A stretch of DNA of 64,000 nucleotides, taken from Octopus vulgaris. Lineage: Eukaryota. The stretch lies in assembly GCA_951406725.2 (NCBI GenBank), contig OX597819.1, forward strand, positions 59,148,001 through 59,212,000. The letters run 5' to 3'. The number at the start of each line of letters is the position of its first letter. The stretch's first letter is position 1. The translations under genes were made by a program, and so were the position numbers. This document shows positions 40,205-52,544 of this stretch, in pieces. The notes beneath the pieces were generated by a model that worked only from the letters and a program-made list of their open reading frames with translations, ran no database searches and was not told the origin of the DNA.

Positions 40205-42250
40205 ACTTCTTTTATTTGCCACAGAGACCTCACATGGTCAGGTCATTGAGAGAACAGTTTATAATTGGGGGGGGGGGGGATTAAATAAAAGATGAAGAGA
40301 AACAAAGCAAAAGGAGAGTAAAATGAGATAAAAGACATAATTTTTAAAATATGTGAATACATGAATGATGCAGTCCTCCTGATACAGAACCTCTATCTAA
40401 GGCTAATCAAGGAGAACCTTGACCACCTGACCATAAACCAACTGTTGCTCTCTGATCTACAGGCACACGCTTCGAGTAGATCCGTTCACCTTAACCATTT
40501 CTGCCAGTCACCCACCTTCTTACAAATTCACCAGGAGAGAGATCTTCCCTCTCCACCCTCATTTTATTTTCCAAGTAGAACTTAAAAAAGTCCAGGAGAG
40601 CTCAACTGAAGAGGATGGTGTCTTTCCTCAATCTTTTTAGCCTCATTTACTATGCAACCTCTTTCACTATAGCCACTAGACAGAGGAAAACTCACTTCCT
40701 GTCCTGCCTTGTTAAAGGTGCATCATGGCGTGATTCTCACAATGGTTGATAGATTTGTCCTACATGTAACAACAATTGTTTGACATAACTCCACAAGCCA
40801 TCAATGCTAAGACGCTGCACAAGTACAGGCATTACAGTTTTGTTGCTTTGTACACATCACAGGCAGTCCTGCCTGGTGGCATTTCCGTACTTGTAGGGTT
40901 TATCTTGAACTGGCACTGCTCCTCAGTAATATTATTAGGCAAGGGATTTCTGGAAGTTATCTGTGATAGTTCCCAGTCCAAGAGTCCTCCAATACAGACC
41001 AGTTAGTCCATCTTTGTCAACACCCAAAGTATCCTCAAGAATATCATCACTCTTACACCCCAATATATCTCTATATATTGCTAACATAGAACTTCCACCA
41101 ACTGTATTACCTGATTGATACAAGGTGATGAATGCCTAACAACAATCCAGGTACCAGATCTTGATCTTTTTTTACCCTAGGACTGCAGCTCCATCAAAGA
41201 GATGAGCTGCAAAAAGACATATCTTACAGAGATCACACTGGCTCACTATCCAGGAAAATCTGTAGGTAGCCTCAACTCATGTCTGCACATCAACAGTCAC
41301 AACATGCCTCAGCCCACCTTCCAAAGGGCACTGGCAACAGATAAACTGCCTGACCAGTGGAATGTGTCCTTTTACAGGAAGTGAAAAGTAGACACTCTAG
41401 TCTGGCCAGACATGAACTGGGACAAGATACAATAGTCAGGTGGTAAGTTATAATAGAGGCAATGTAGACATTCACCATTTCTGCTTAACCTTTAAGAGAT
41501 GGTTTCCTCTCAGCCCATTTCCGAGTGAGGTCAGCCACCCCACTTCTAATCTCATTCCAGTTCCTGTCTATCTGGAGGTTCAGACCAAGCTCGACTTCAA
41601 GCAATTTAACTAGTCCACCTGACCAGTGACCTACTATGGTATTTAATGGCATATACTTGCCAAGCTGCAAGCACCCACAAACTTATTCAGATCTACCTTT
41701 GCTCCTGCCATCAACTTGTATTCGCTTAAAATGGAACTGAGTACCTGAACTTCCATGGTGACTGACACCATTATAGTGATGTTATCCAACACAATTCTAT
41801 ATCCCAACTCAAAAGGGATGCTCCTCAAGAGTTGTAGCTTCCGCAGCAATGACTCAAGAGCCAGTATGTTTTAAGAGATTAAAGAAGACACTTCTGACAG
41901 ATTGAGCATACAATATGAAACAGTTCCATGAGATGGCCATTTAGCTTAACCATTGAACAAGCACCACTGTGCATTACTGTAATCCAACCACTGAAAACAG
42001 ATCCAAAGGTAGATGCTTCTACGACTGCTGCCAAGTAGCAATAGTCAAACCTATTGAAGGTTTTTGACTGATTGAAATTCATCAGGGACCCACCAACACC
42101 AGATCTGTTACCTGTTCTTTCTATGATATATTGCATGAAGTGGAGGTTATTGTAGAAGTATTTAACAGAGCAATGGGTTGGAAATTGTCTATAATATCCC
42201 TTTTGTTGATGAGGACTTCCCTAGCTTTGCTACCAGTTGTGATAGTTGCC
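40205..42250 (-). mobile_element. Degraded L1/Tx1-clade LINE (RT and 3' region)
   Basis: Decayed motifs DNFQPIALLNT, NQSKTFNRFD (DQSKAFDRVD-like), FGSVFSGWI, ICQKCLL (RQGCPLS-like), GAKVDLNK and WAERKPSLKG in collinear order. Confidence 0.85.
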
Positions 42251-44022
42251 AAACAGATCAGGCATATAACCATAAAACTCAGAGGGCAGATCACCCAAAC
42301 TGGGTGATTTGTTTTACATGATAATACTAAACAAAGATTTTGTAACAAACACTGGCATGACAATATAGTTAAGAAACTCACTTTTCAGCTAAATAGTTTC
42401 AGGTTCAACCCCACTGTATGTCATCTTGGGCAAGTATCTTCGAAAGTTTTCTGATTGAATTTTAATAGATGGAAACTGTGGATGCTGCCAGTTTGACTTA
42501 ATCTTTTTTTTTAGTTCTTTACTCATCTTAACATCACTTGGCCCAATGGACGCTTTTAGCAGATTCTACACCATTTAAAACAGGTCTGCAGTCTGAAGTT
42601 AATTTCCTACTACACGTATCAAAGGCTCTGTAAATGACTAGAGATACCATCTTCCTTTCCTTCACTAAGTATGAGGTAAAATATAATACATATTTTAAAA
42701 ATACGTTTCACAAACACACACATTAAATCCTAAAACAGTTCTGATCGAGATCGAGTTGACCTATAGTCAAAAGTGCTCCAGTCATGACCATTCAACATTT
42801 AGTACATCGAGGATTACACACTCCAGTGTTTCCTTTCTTTTTTATGACATTGGGGTGTGATTTGAGGAAGACTTGGTTGTTATTTCTAGTAGGTCGAATG
42901 ACGTCCATGTAGAGGTACCATATTAGATTCTTATACGTATAAATTAATAGGAATGTTTGCTAACGAAGAATAAGTTTATTTCCATTTGGTCGATTAGTTA
43001 ATGAAGATGACAAAAGTGATGATAATGATAGTTATTTTGTTTCTTTCTGCTTTTTTTTGTCGTGTGTATTTCCACTTCCCTTTCGTCATTAAAACTAGCA
43101 ACAAGAATGATTTATTTTGACCAGACACAAAATTATATGGTAGGGTAGCAGCATTGCCCAGTATTCCACAACAGGATAGTGTTACACACAATGACATTAA
43201 AACTCATGTAGGTTGAGGAAGAATGAGAACTAAAGGGAGAGGGAAGGGATTTTAACAGCTAGCGGTGATCGTATTGTACGAAATAAGTTTTGAGAATAGT
43301 GTTTGGGGAAGGGTGTCCAATGATATTTTTAACTGTGGGAATGCAAACGAATGCAATGACCAGGTCGTAAATGTATGACGAAATCTTTTGTCGAACAGTT
43401 TTAAGGAGATAATCGAGTATGTAAAACCCTATTGTTGACTGAGCAGAAACTAGTTCGACGTGGAGCTTGTTCTGTTGATTTTATATCTTGCCAATATCAG
43501 CATTGTCTTTCCTCCCATCGAGGGTCCAGAAAAAGAGAGTATCAACGATATATAGGAACGATTCAATCGATAAAAGTTATGTAAGCTAGGCTTAGGTAGA
43601 CTGTCTCGTAAATAAACTGCGGGAGTTAGAAATTACATCGGCAAAAGAATTTAAATGTTCAAATTCGAATTGGACATCGTTTGCATTACTGAAATTAAAA
43701 TACCGTTAATACTTCTTTTAATGTCGAGGATGGACTCCCGGAGTCTACTCTCGAAAAATATTTCGCATATACGATAGCTGTTATAATCCATTCCTCCTCC
43801 TTTGGTTATCTCTTCGAATATGGAATACACACTATTTTCTACTATAAAATTTTGTCTATTGAAAAATAAATATACCATCTTTGATGCTAGTTTTAATAAG
43901 GAAATTAAATCAAATAAAAACGTCATGTTTTTAGAGAAATGGAATTACGCGCCTGACAAGAGAGGTCAAAATAACAATCATCATCATTATTAACTAAAGC
44001 GGCCACCAGCGAATAAACTTAC

Positions 44023-44198
44023 ATTAACATCAAAGCAACAAAACCCAAAACATTTAAACAAACAGACGAACGTGACATGATGTTATAAAAACAACATCGT
44101 ACGTGTGAGTGTGACCATTTAATCTTTATGTCAGGGTTGGAAACGAAATGTGTCAGCATGTGCCAAACACCACGTAAATCCCTAAGATTACATTACAT
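44023..44198 (-). other. Candidate exon of a minus-strand (divergent) transcript
   Basis: Perfect GTAAGT donor on the - strand at 44022-44017, in the CpG-richer zone; ATG at 44078 opens MSRSSVCLNVLGFVALML; acceptor is weak and the 5' boundary uncertain. Confidence 0.35.
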
Positions 44199-44239
44199 CT
44201 AAAATTCGACTTCATTATAAAATATTACAACACCAGACA

Positions 44240-44422
44240 AAATGCTTCTCGGCATTCCTTCTGAGTTCAAATTCCTTTCGGGGTCGATAAAAAGGGGTTA
44301 AAAGTACCAGCTTAGCATTAGAGTCGATGTAATCCGCTAGCCTACTACCCATAAATTTCAGGTCTTGTGCCTATAGAAGGATTATTATTATTATTATTAT
44401 TAATAATAATATTATTATTATT
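44240..44422 (+). mobile_element. SINE family B fragment with (ATT)n tail
   Basis: CTGAGTTCAAATTCC ... GGGGTCGATAAA ... CTTGTGCCTATAGAAGG(ATT)n. Confidence 0.75.
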
Positions 44423-45403
44423 CCTGAAACTCTCTGGCCAAGTGCCTAAAAAATCATTATTGCGACTACAATCATCACGCCGTCGAATAGTGGTAAGCAC
44501 CAGGTGAGACAAGTCCATTTTTGATACCTGACTGGAACCATTTGGTTGGGAAAGGCATGAATTTCACATTTCTCAATTAAATAAACCCGTGACTGTGCGC
44601 TTACGTTAGGAAATTTTACGACTTGTAAAAAAATTATATACATTTTAGAAATCCTTATAGTAAATCTTCCACCGATTTTTGTTTTATTTTACTAATACTC
44701 TTGGCATGAAAGTCACAACTCCACATGTACGAAACAATATAACTAAGAAATTAGCTCTGCTATCCAAAGTCGGCGCTGTGTTGTTCCGAGTTCAAATCAT
44801 TCCATTTTGCCTATATCTTTCTGGAGTTGCTAAAACAACATGGATATTCTGGAGTTTGTAAATTAGTAATATTACCTTAGCATATAATTTTAAAAATAAA
44901 AAAAGGAATTTTTTTTTTTTAATTTACTGTTCACAAGTTAACCTCATTATCAATGCACAAACCGAAATTTTGTATTTGCAGGAGTAACAACAGCTGAGAC
45001 AGATTAACGTTGACACTGAACTAACGTTTTATCCGAATACACAATATCATTCTTTTTTAAATATCTATAAATCTTACGTAGACACAACACGCGTGTAACA
45101 AACATTATTGTGTGTGTATGTATTACATACATATGTGTGTGTAAACCAGATGTTGGCTCAGTATATGCTATATATGAGCGTGGGTGTTTAAGAAAGAGCA
45201 TGAGTCAAGGTGAAAATTTCATAAAATGGTCAGTGGAATAAAAATTCATTTTTATTTCATATGCTAATCAAAATAACAAGTGAAAAAATAACAATCATTG
45301 CAAATGTCTTTATCCATATATGTATATGTGTAAGTATGTGTGTGTGTGTGTGTGCATATATATATATATTCTCTAAGATGCACAGGATTTATGTTTTTTT
45401 TTT

Positions 45404-45438
<35 letters not shown>

Positions 45439-47149
45439 TGTGTGTGTGTGTATGCTCTGTTGAGTTATTGTCGGTAAACATCTTCAATAAAAAAACCCAC
45501 ATCAAATCTTGATGTCAAAAATTTAACTATCTCAAACAGGCATCAACTACAGACGTTCATTTACTAACATATATAATCTATATATTTGCTGATTTTTGGT
45601 AGAGATTTTTTTTCGACCTTTTTAAGAAAGGTAATCTTGTAAAATTCTACATATAATGTAATTATCGAAAACAATCTTTAAATTCATTAATACATGGTAT
45701 TAGAACACTTAAATGATCGTTTTAAAATACCAGGTTGAACATTTTTTTGATTATAATTTATAAGTAGTTGTTAATTGTTAATCTAATCGCTATAATCCGA
45801 GATCAGAAAGACCGTAGGTCCTTGTTATGATTGCTGATTTCAGATGATTGAACTAAAAATAAGTTAAGCTGTATATAGATATGTACATGTATATTGAAAG
45901 ATTCACGAATACACACTACATATATAGAGGGAAATGTCAAAAACAGTTGAAAGTTGAAATGTTTAAAATATTTGTAGCTGAATCGAACTGCAAAAGTAAA
46001 AAAAATAATAATAAAACACGAAATATGTGATAACTTTCACAAACAGATTGCGTAATTTTCGATTATTATCAACAACCTACACTTAAAAGTTAAAAAGAAA
46101 GTCATTATCAACACGGATTTGGCTGTAAACACAAACATATATATATATATATATCGCCACTTCCGCGCTACACGTAAACTGAAAATCAGTATTTTGGCTG
46201 AGCCAAATTCCAATTGAACAAAATCAAATCAGAAAAAACGTAATTTTTTCCCCTTAAATCATTCCACCCACTTCAGCCAAAAAAACAACAACCAAATACT
46301 TTCACAGATAAGAAAGCATGATTTGTGATGAGAGAGAAATGACGAAGTACAGTGCTGTAATGACAAGTACGGTTATTGCATTAACCATAGATTAATCATT
46401 AAATACTTCAAAACGAATCGAAGTGATAGAGGTTAAAGCAATGTTAAGAAATGTTCCCTCATGACCACAGGCAGCTGCCGTTAATCGAGTCGCCCACTCT
46501 ATAGGACATTGACAATATAATGAAAAAAATAATAAAAAGTTCAAACCTGAGGTATCAATGTTATAAGGTTCAGAGTGTATAAAGGAAGACCTGTCGCATT
46601 AAGAACGGTAATAGGGTAAAGGTGTCCACACTGATCTCTCCAGCTGTTTCTAGATTCATACAGGTGCCACTGTTTATTTGTTTGTTTGTTTTTATTTCTC
46701 TTTCATACGCTTTTTTTAAGTCCCGTTTGTCTAAAAAGAAATTCAAGAAGGAGTATGTAAATGAGTGTACAAGCAACTTGCTGGTGGAAGATTTATGTTT
46801 TGTAGCTTCTGTAAATAGCTGCCGTCTATATTTCCCAAGATTCTAGCACGTCAATAACTGCAGTTTAGAAATAGAGCTTCACTAGCCGTTCTGTGGAAGA
46901 ATTAAAACTGACATTTACACTCTCAGTGCATCAGTGATGGAATTGCTGTTAAGTTCTACTTCTTCATCACTGACGGTCATGTGATTAATTACGTCATTAC
47001 TTTCAAAGGAAATAGTTTGTTTTTTCATACAGTAAATAAATATTTTACCAGTAATATATTAACAACTTTTATAAATATTTTGTCGCTTTTATAATGTCAA
47101 CATTCGATTTTTTAACTTAACAAGAAGAATGTTTAATTGAAACGTTTTA

Positions 47150-47249
47150 ACACAAGTTAAGGTGAGAAAGTTGAAGGAGGAGGGTTGTCGACGTCATTTC
47201 CGGTTGGAGCTCTCGTCTCTAAACTTTACACGAGATCTCGAAAATGGCG
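47150..47249 (+). promoter_or_regulatory. TATA-less NOB1 proximal promoter with overlapping ETS/CRE site and a YY1/TISU-like start context
   Basis: GACGTCATTTCCGG at 47190-47203 (reverse complement CCGGAAATGACGTC); palindrome CGAGATCTCG at 47231-47240; AAAATGGCG over the ATG; locally CpG-rich. Confidence 0.6.
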
Positions 47250-47327
47250 TCTGATCAATTAAATCGAAGGAAAGTCAAGTTTGTTATTGTTGATTCGGGA
47301 GCTTTTATCAAGAATGCTCCTATAGAC
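47244..47327 (+). CDS. NOB1: NOB1 coding exon 1 (MASDQLNRRKVKFVIVDSGAFIKNAPID)
   Basis: ATG in AAAATGGCG context; VIVDSGAFI is the first PIN-domain strand with its catalytic Asp, typical of the NOB1 N-terminus; GTAAGT donor at 47328, phase 0. Confidence 0.93.
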
Positions 47328-48396
47328 GTAAGTCATTCCGTTTTGATACTTCATGAAATTACGCCGTAAAATGTTTAAAGGTTCTTTTCCACATGTAAAA
47401 TAACTATTGCTGATTGATTTGCTCCACGTGCATTTTCCTATCATACCACGAATGAATTGAAAAGCATGTGCTAAAACTTTTAGAATATACTTGAGAAGTT
47501 TGCGTCGAAACGTTTGATTAAAACATTACTTTCATTTCGTAATGCAAGGAGTCGAAACGTCTTATTCAGATAACTTAAAAGGATTATTAAACGCATCAGA
47601 TAATTACTATATAAATGAAATTGTTTACCAAGAACAGCTGTACGTGGTTATTTGTTAATCTGTAAAATGCCTTTGTCACTAACCCTTATTCGCTGATAAA
47701 ATTATGAGTAGATGAATGGATCCATAAGAGTGGAGTGAACTACGAATGGGTATCATAAAGCAAAATTGGCATTGCAGGTGAATTTAAAAGAGAGTTTGTA
47801 AAATAGATGGTGTACATCAATGTTCTGCATTCATCATTTTCACATTTAATCTTTCTCCTCATCCCATTACAAATATGTCTGTGCTCCCTTTTTTTAGTTG
47901 AAAGTTTGGTTTATAACTTAAATGGGGTTTTGTAATGTTTAACCCTTTATTTCTCTGAGTAATAAAATTGACGTTACTCCTTACTACCCAAGTTTTAAAA
48001 CATGTTTATGAAGCCCCTCCGTAAAACCAGAGCTAAATGCAAAATCTTTGTCTTACAAACCATTTATACGTTAGTTCTATATAAAACCTATATACCAGAA
48101 AAGAACATTAACTATTTGAAATCGATACACAAGGCTTTCAGATGAGCATATCACATATCTAGACATAAGCACCGATGGAGGCTGTAGTGCACATCCTTAG
48201 AAATAATAAAAATAATGACTATCACAGTACACGAATACATGAACTGCTATTTGAAAGACAGTAATTATTGACGTCAAAAATGATTCATTTTTAATTCTAG
48301 GCCTGTAGGTATGCTATTAAGTGTACAATTAAACACTGACTAAAGGCAACTAAACATAACCATTTCCACTGAATCCTAGCAACTGGGAGGTTAAAC

Positions 48397-48506
48397 GGCA
48401 CTACTTAAATACAGAGATCCCGATGCATCTACGTAACGATGTTTTTACAGTACATACTGGTTAGGGTTGTGTAAAGGCGTCGGGACCTCTGTATTTAAGT
48501 AGTACC
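48397..48506. mobile_element. Short fold-back MITE in NOB1 intron 1
   Basis: About 30-bp inverted arms GGCACTACTTAAATACAGAGATCCCGATGC / GCGTCGGGACCTCTGTATTTAAGTAGTACC. Confidence 0.75.
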
Positions 48507-49584
48507 AGTTAAACTAAGCAGTGGACAGATGGCGTACACTAAAATATAGTATATTCCCATGGTAGGATCACTATATACATACTTGGCCTGCTTGAAATAA
48601 CGCCTCCTATCTTTAAAAAGGGGACACTTTGATTAGTTTGAAATTCACTATCATCACCATCGTTTTAATGTCCACTTTTCGTTGTTTGCATGGATTAGAT
48701 GGGATTTATTGAGACAGATTTTCTACAACTGCATGCTCTTCCTGTCGCCAACCCACACTTGTTTTCAAGCAAGGTGATATTTTCACATGACTAAGCGTGT
48801 TCTTGCAAAGCATTGGAACTGAATGACACTACTTGTATGACTGCCATTTACAACTATCACCTGATGTCAAGGCAAGGAGATTCAAGCACACACACACACA
48901 CTCTTACATGCACAATGGGCTTCTTTCAGTTTCTGTTTATCAAATCTACTCACAAGGTTTTGATTAGTTTGGTATTATAGAAGAAAATACTTGCCCAAGG
49001 TGACACACCTGCATCTGTGTATAAAGAAAGATGAGATGGTCATGGCTAGAATACCTCTGTAAACCTGTTTGATCACAAACCACAATGTATGAATAATATT
49101 CTGGGTCAAGTTTCCTGGATAACTTCTTCCCATCAGTTACAGAAACTTTGACAAGGGTTATGGGTCCGTCCTTTTTCTCTTGACAGCCCTTGATCATGAT
49201 CAAAACAAAAATCTCTTGTAAAATTCAACTGTGGCGGAGCTTGATTTTGATGTATTGTGCACCATGTAACCCTTTAGTATTTATTTAAACCAGCTATCTC
49301 TGGTCTAAATATTCTATCTGCTTTTATGCCATATAAAAGCGTATTAAACACAAACTGAGACCTCTCTGAAAGTTGAAATAAAAAATTTACAAAATTGCTC
49401 TTATGTTTTGCAGTTAAGCTAACTTTCCAATATTTCTCTTTCTCAGTAACACACTAAATATTGTGCAGGCTTTTGTTTCAAATGTTACTGATCTATAAAG
49501 ATATCTTACATAATTACAACTTTCCAACCCTTCAAACTGCATATTAACAATGCAAATCTCTCAAAAGAAAGATATAATGAAAAT

Positions 49585-49846
49585 AGGCCGATGCTTGACT
49601 GGCTTCCGTGCCAGTGGCACGTAAAAGGCACCAATCTGATCGTGGCCATTGCCAGCCTCGCCTGCCACGTAAAAAGCACCCACTACACTCACGGAGTGGT
49701 TGGCGTTAGGAAGAGCATCCAGCTGTAGAAACACTGCCAGATCAGACTGGAGCCTGGTGCAGCCTTCTGGCTTCCCAGATCCCCAGTCGAACCGTCCAAC
49801 CCATGTTAGCATGGAGAACAGGCATTAAACAATGATGATGATGATG
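49585..49846 (+). mobile_element. RTE 3'-end fragment nearly identical to the 52770-53035 tail
   Basis: Direct similarity and (GAT)n tail. Older relatives lie at about 7195-7415, 9480-9680, 13365-13590, 15715-15930, 22410-22496, 25450-25620 (-) and 31891-31992. Confidence 0.9.
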
Positions 49847-50983
49847 ACTTCAGCTGATTTCAAATTACTGCAATTAGTTGTTTCACTTTATCATCAAGCT
49901 ATTGTGGAGAATGGGGCATAATGAGTCATTTGTCAGATTTTTATCATTTTCTCCCAACTTCAAACCAGGAAGTATGATGTAGTAGCCATTATGAATTGCT
50001 CATCCCTCCTGCTAATATAAATGTTGTATTCTTTCTGGTCACTCCTTTTAAAGTTCCTCATTCTGGATCACAGACCTCATCAAACAAAACTTTGCAGTGC
50101 TGCAAGAAGTACTGCAGGTTTTGATTTTTTGTACTAGAGCAATGTTCAGAGTATCTTCTTTGCTTGTGTTCTATTGAATAAAGAAATATCCTTGGAAATT
50201 TTGAATTTCAAAAGTGGGGCATAATGGGTCACTTATCAGTTTGAGGGGTGAACATAGTGGATCACTTAAGATACACCACATGGGTTTCTATAAGTAGAAC
50301 AAAAGAAGTCTTCCACACTCCACATATATGTTCTCGTGTCTGAAAATGTTTTAGCAGCATTGTTTCATGTTGTTATTGATTTTTACACAGAATCAAGAGT
50401 AAGGTGATTACATTGTTATTCCGTGAGGAAAAAAGAAGTAAAAATGCACCAAAGAAGCAACAAAAGTGTAAGAGAGAAAAAGGAGAGTTACTTGCTCCAA
50501 AAATAAAAGAAAGCAAGTAGTACAGTGTGTAACAGTAGTGGTGGTGACCGTGATAGTACAGCTGATTCAGAGGAAGAGGATACCAAGTGCTATACATCTG
50601 CAAGAGATTCTGAATCAAATACAAATGCAGGAAGACTGATTTTTGGCTGCTGTGTGACCTTTGTGATGATTATGGTTGCTCTAAGTGTATTCCAAGGGGA
50701 ACAGATGTTAACCAAGAGTGCTTCTGTAAGAAGTGTACAGCTTAATCTGGATTCCATGTGCTGAATGCATAACTTTATCATGAGCAATATAATTTTCAAA
50801 GTGACTGTTTTGTAAACATGGTTGTTGTCGTTTTATATTTTGATGAAGATTGAGTCTATTTAACTTCAGATTACTCTCATGTTTCTTTATTGATTGTTTT
50901 CAACAATTTGTTAAACTTTAATCCAAATACTACTCTGCATTCTGCTCCAGATTTTTATGATTATGTATATATGAAATAAGCAT

Positions 50984-52544
50984 CTGGCAGTGTCGGCTAT
51001 AACCTAGTCACCCGTATAGTCAACCAGGTGATACACGAAGGAGTCATACCCAATGACTGGTGTAGCAGCATACTAGTCAACTGCTACAAAGGTAAAGGTG
51101 ATGCCCTAGATACAAATAATTACAGAGGTATCAAGCTGTTGGATCAGGTAATGAAGGTTACGGAGAGGGTCATAGCCCAACTAATTAGAGAGAGAGTTAG
51201 TTTAGATGAGATGCAGTTTGGGTTCGTGCCAGGGAAAAGTACCACTGATGCTATATTCCTGGTAAGGCAGCTGCAGGAGAAATACCTAGCCAAAGATAAG
51301 CCCCTGTACCTGGCTTTCGTTGACATGGAGAAAGCCTTTGATAGGGTCCCCGATCCCTTATCTGGTGGTCAATGAGGAAACTAGGGATAGATGAATGGCT
51401 GGTGAGGGCTGTGCAAGCCATGTACAGAGATGCCGTAAGTAAGGTTAGGGTTGGCAACATGTACACAGAAGAATTCAAAGTAGAGGTTGGGGTCCACCAG
51501 GGTTCAGTACTCAGCCCCCTCCTATTTATCATAGTCCTCCAGGCAATTACGGAGGAATTCAAGACAGGTTGCCCCTGGGAGCTCCTCTATGCTGACGACC
51601 TTGCTCTAATTGCTGAGTCACTATCAGAACTGGAGGAGAAGTTCCAGGTGTGGAAGGAGGGTTTAGAATCGAGGGGCCTTAGAGTCAACCTAGCTAAAAC
51701 CAAAGTACTAATAAGTAGGAAGGTAGACAATCCACAAATGTCTTCAGGAAGATGGCCCTGCTCGATCTGTAGAAAAGGTGTAGGTAGAAACTCTATAAGA
51801 TGTACCCAGTGTAAGCTATGGACACATAAGAGGTGCAGCAATGTCAAAAGTAGGCTAACTGGGAAGATAGTTTTTGTATGTGGCAGATGCTCGGGAGCAT
51901 TGACCTCCGAAAATCTGCAGAAAACAACTTCCGTCACTTTCCAGGGGAAAAAACTAGAAGTAGTTGATAGCTTCCGTTGTCTAGGTGACCAAGTCAGTAG
52001 TGGGGGTGGGTGCGCTGAAAGTGTAACTGCTAGAATAAGAATAGCCTGGGCAAAGTTTAGGGAGCTCTTACCTCTGCTGGTGACTAAAGGCCTCTCGCTC
52101 AGAGTAAAAGGCAGACTGTATGATGCCTGTGTACGAACAGCCATGCTACATGGCAGTGAAACATGGGCCATGACTGCTGAGGACATGCGTAAGCTCGCAA
52201 GGAATGAAGCCAGTATGCTCCGATGGATGTGTAATGTCAGTGTACTTACTCGACAGAGCGTTAGTACCTTGAGAGAAATGTTGTACCTAAGAAGCATCAG
52301 TTGTGGTGTGCAAGAGAGACGATTGCGTTGGTATGGTCATGTGGTGAGAATGGATGAAGATAGGTGTGTGAGAAAGTGCTAATCCCTAGCAGTTGAGGGA
52401 ACCCATGGAAGAGGTAGACCCAGGAAAACCTGGGATGAGGTGGTGAAGCACGACCGTCGAACTTTAGGCCTCACTGAGGAAATGACCAGCGACCGAGACC
52501 TTTGGAAATATCCTGTACGTGAGAAGACCAGGCAGGACAAGTGA
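50984..52544 (+). pseudogene. RTE reverse transcriptase ORF, disrupted
   Basis: One C missing in the run at 51348-51351 (restoring it gives DRVPRSLIWWSMRKLG); premature TAA at 52380-52382; the frame continues to TGA at 52542-52544; endonuclease domain absent. Confidence 0.9.

Noticed and set aside
43651-43926. 91-aa minus-strand ORF in the CpG-richer zone
   Set aside because: No recognisable domain or convincing flanking splice sites; its length is compatible with chance.
46547-47030. Possible first exon or ORFs on the minus strand directly upstream of NOB1
   Set aside because: Only short ORFs with stops and a weak GTTTGA donor; cannot be supported without transcripts.
51587-52297. 236-aa minus-strand ORF
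   Set aside because: It is the antisense shadow of the RTE RT ORF, with no independent motifs.
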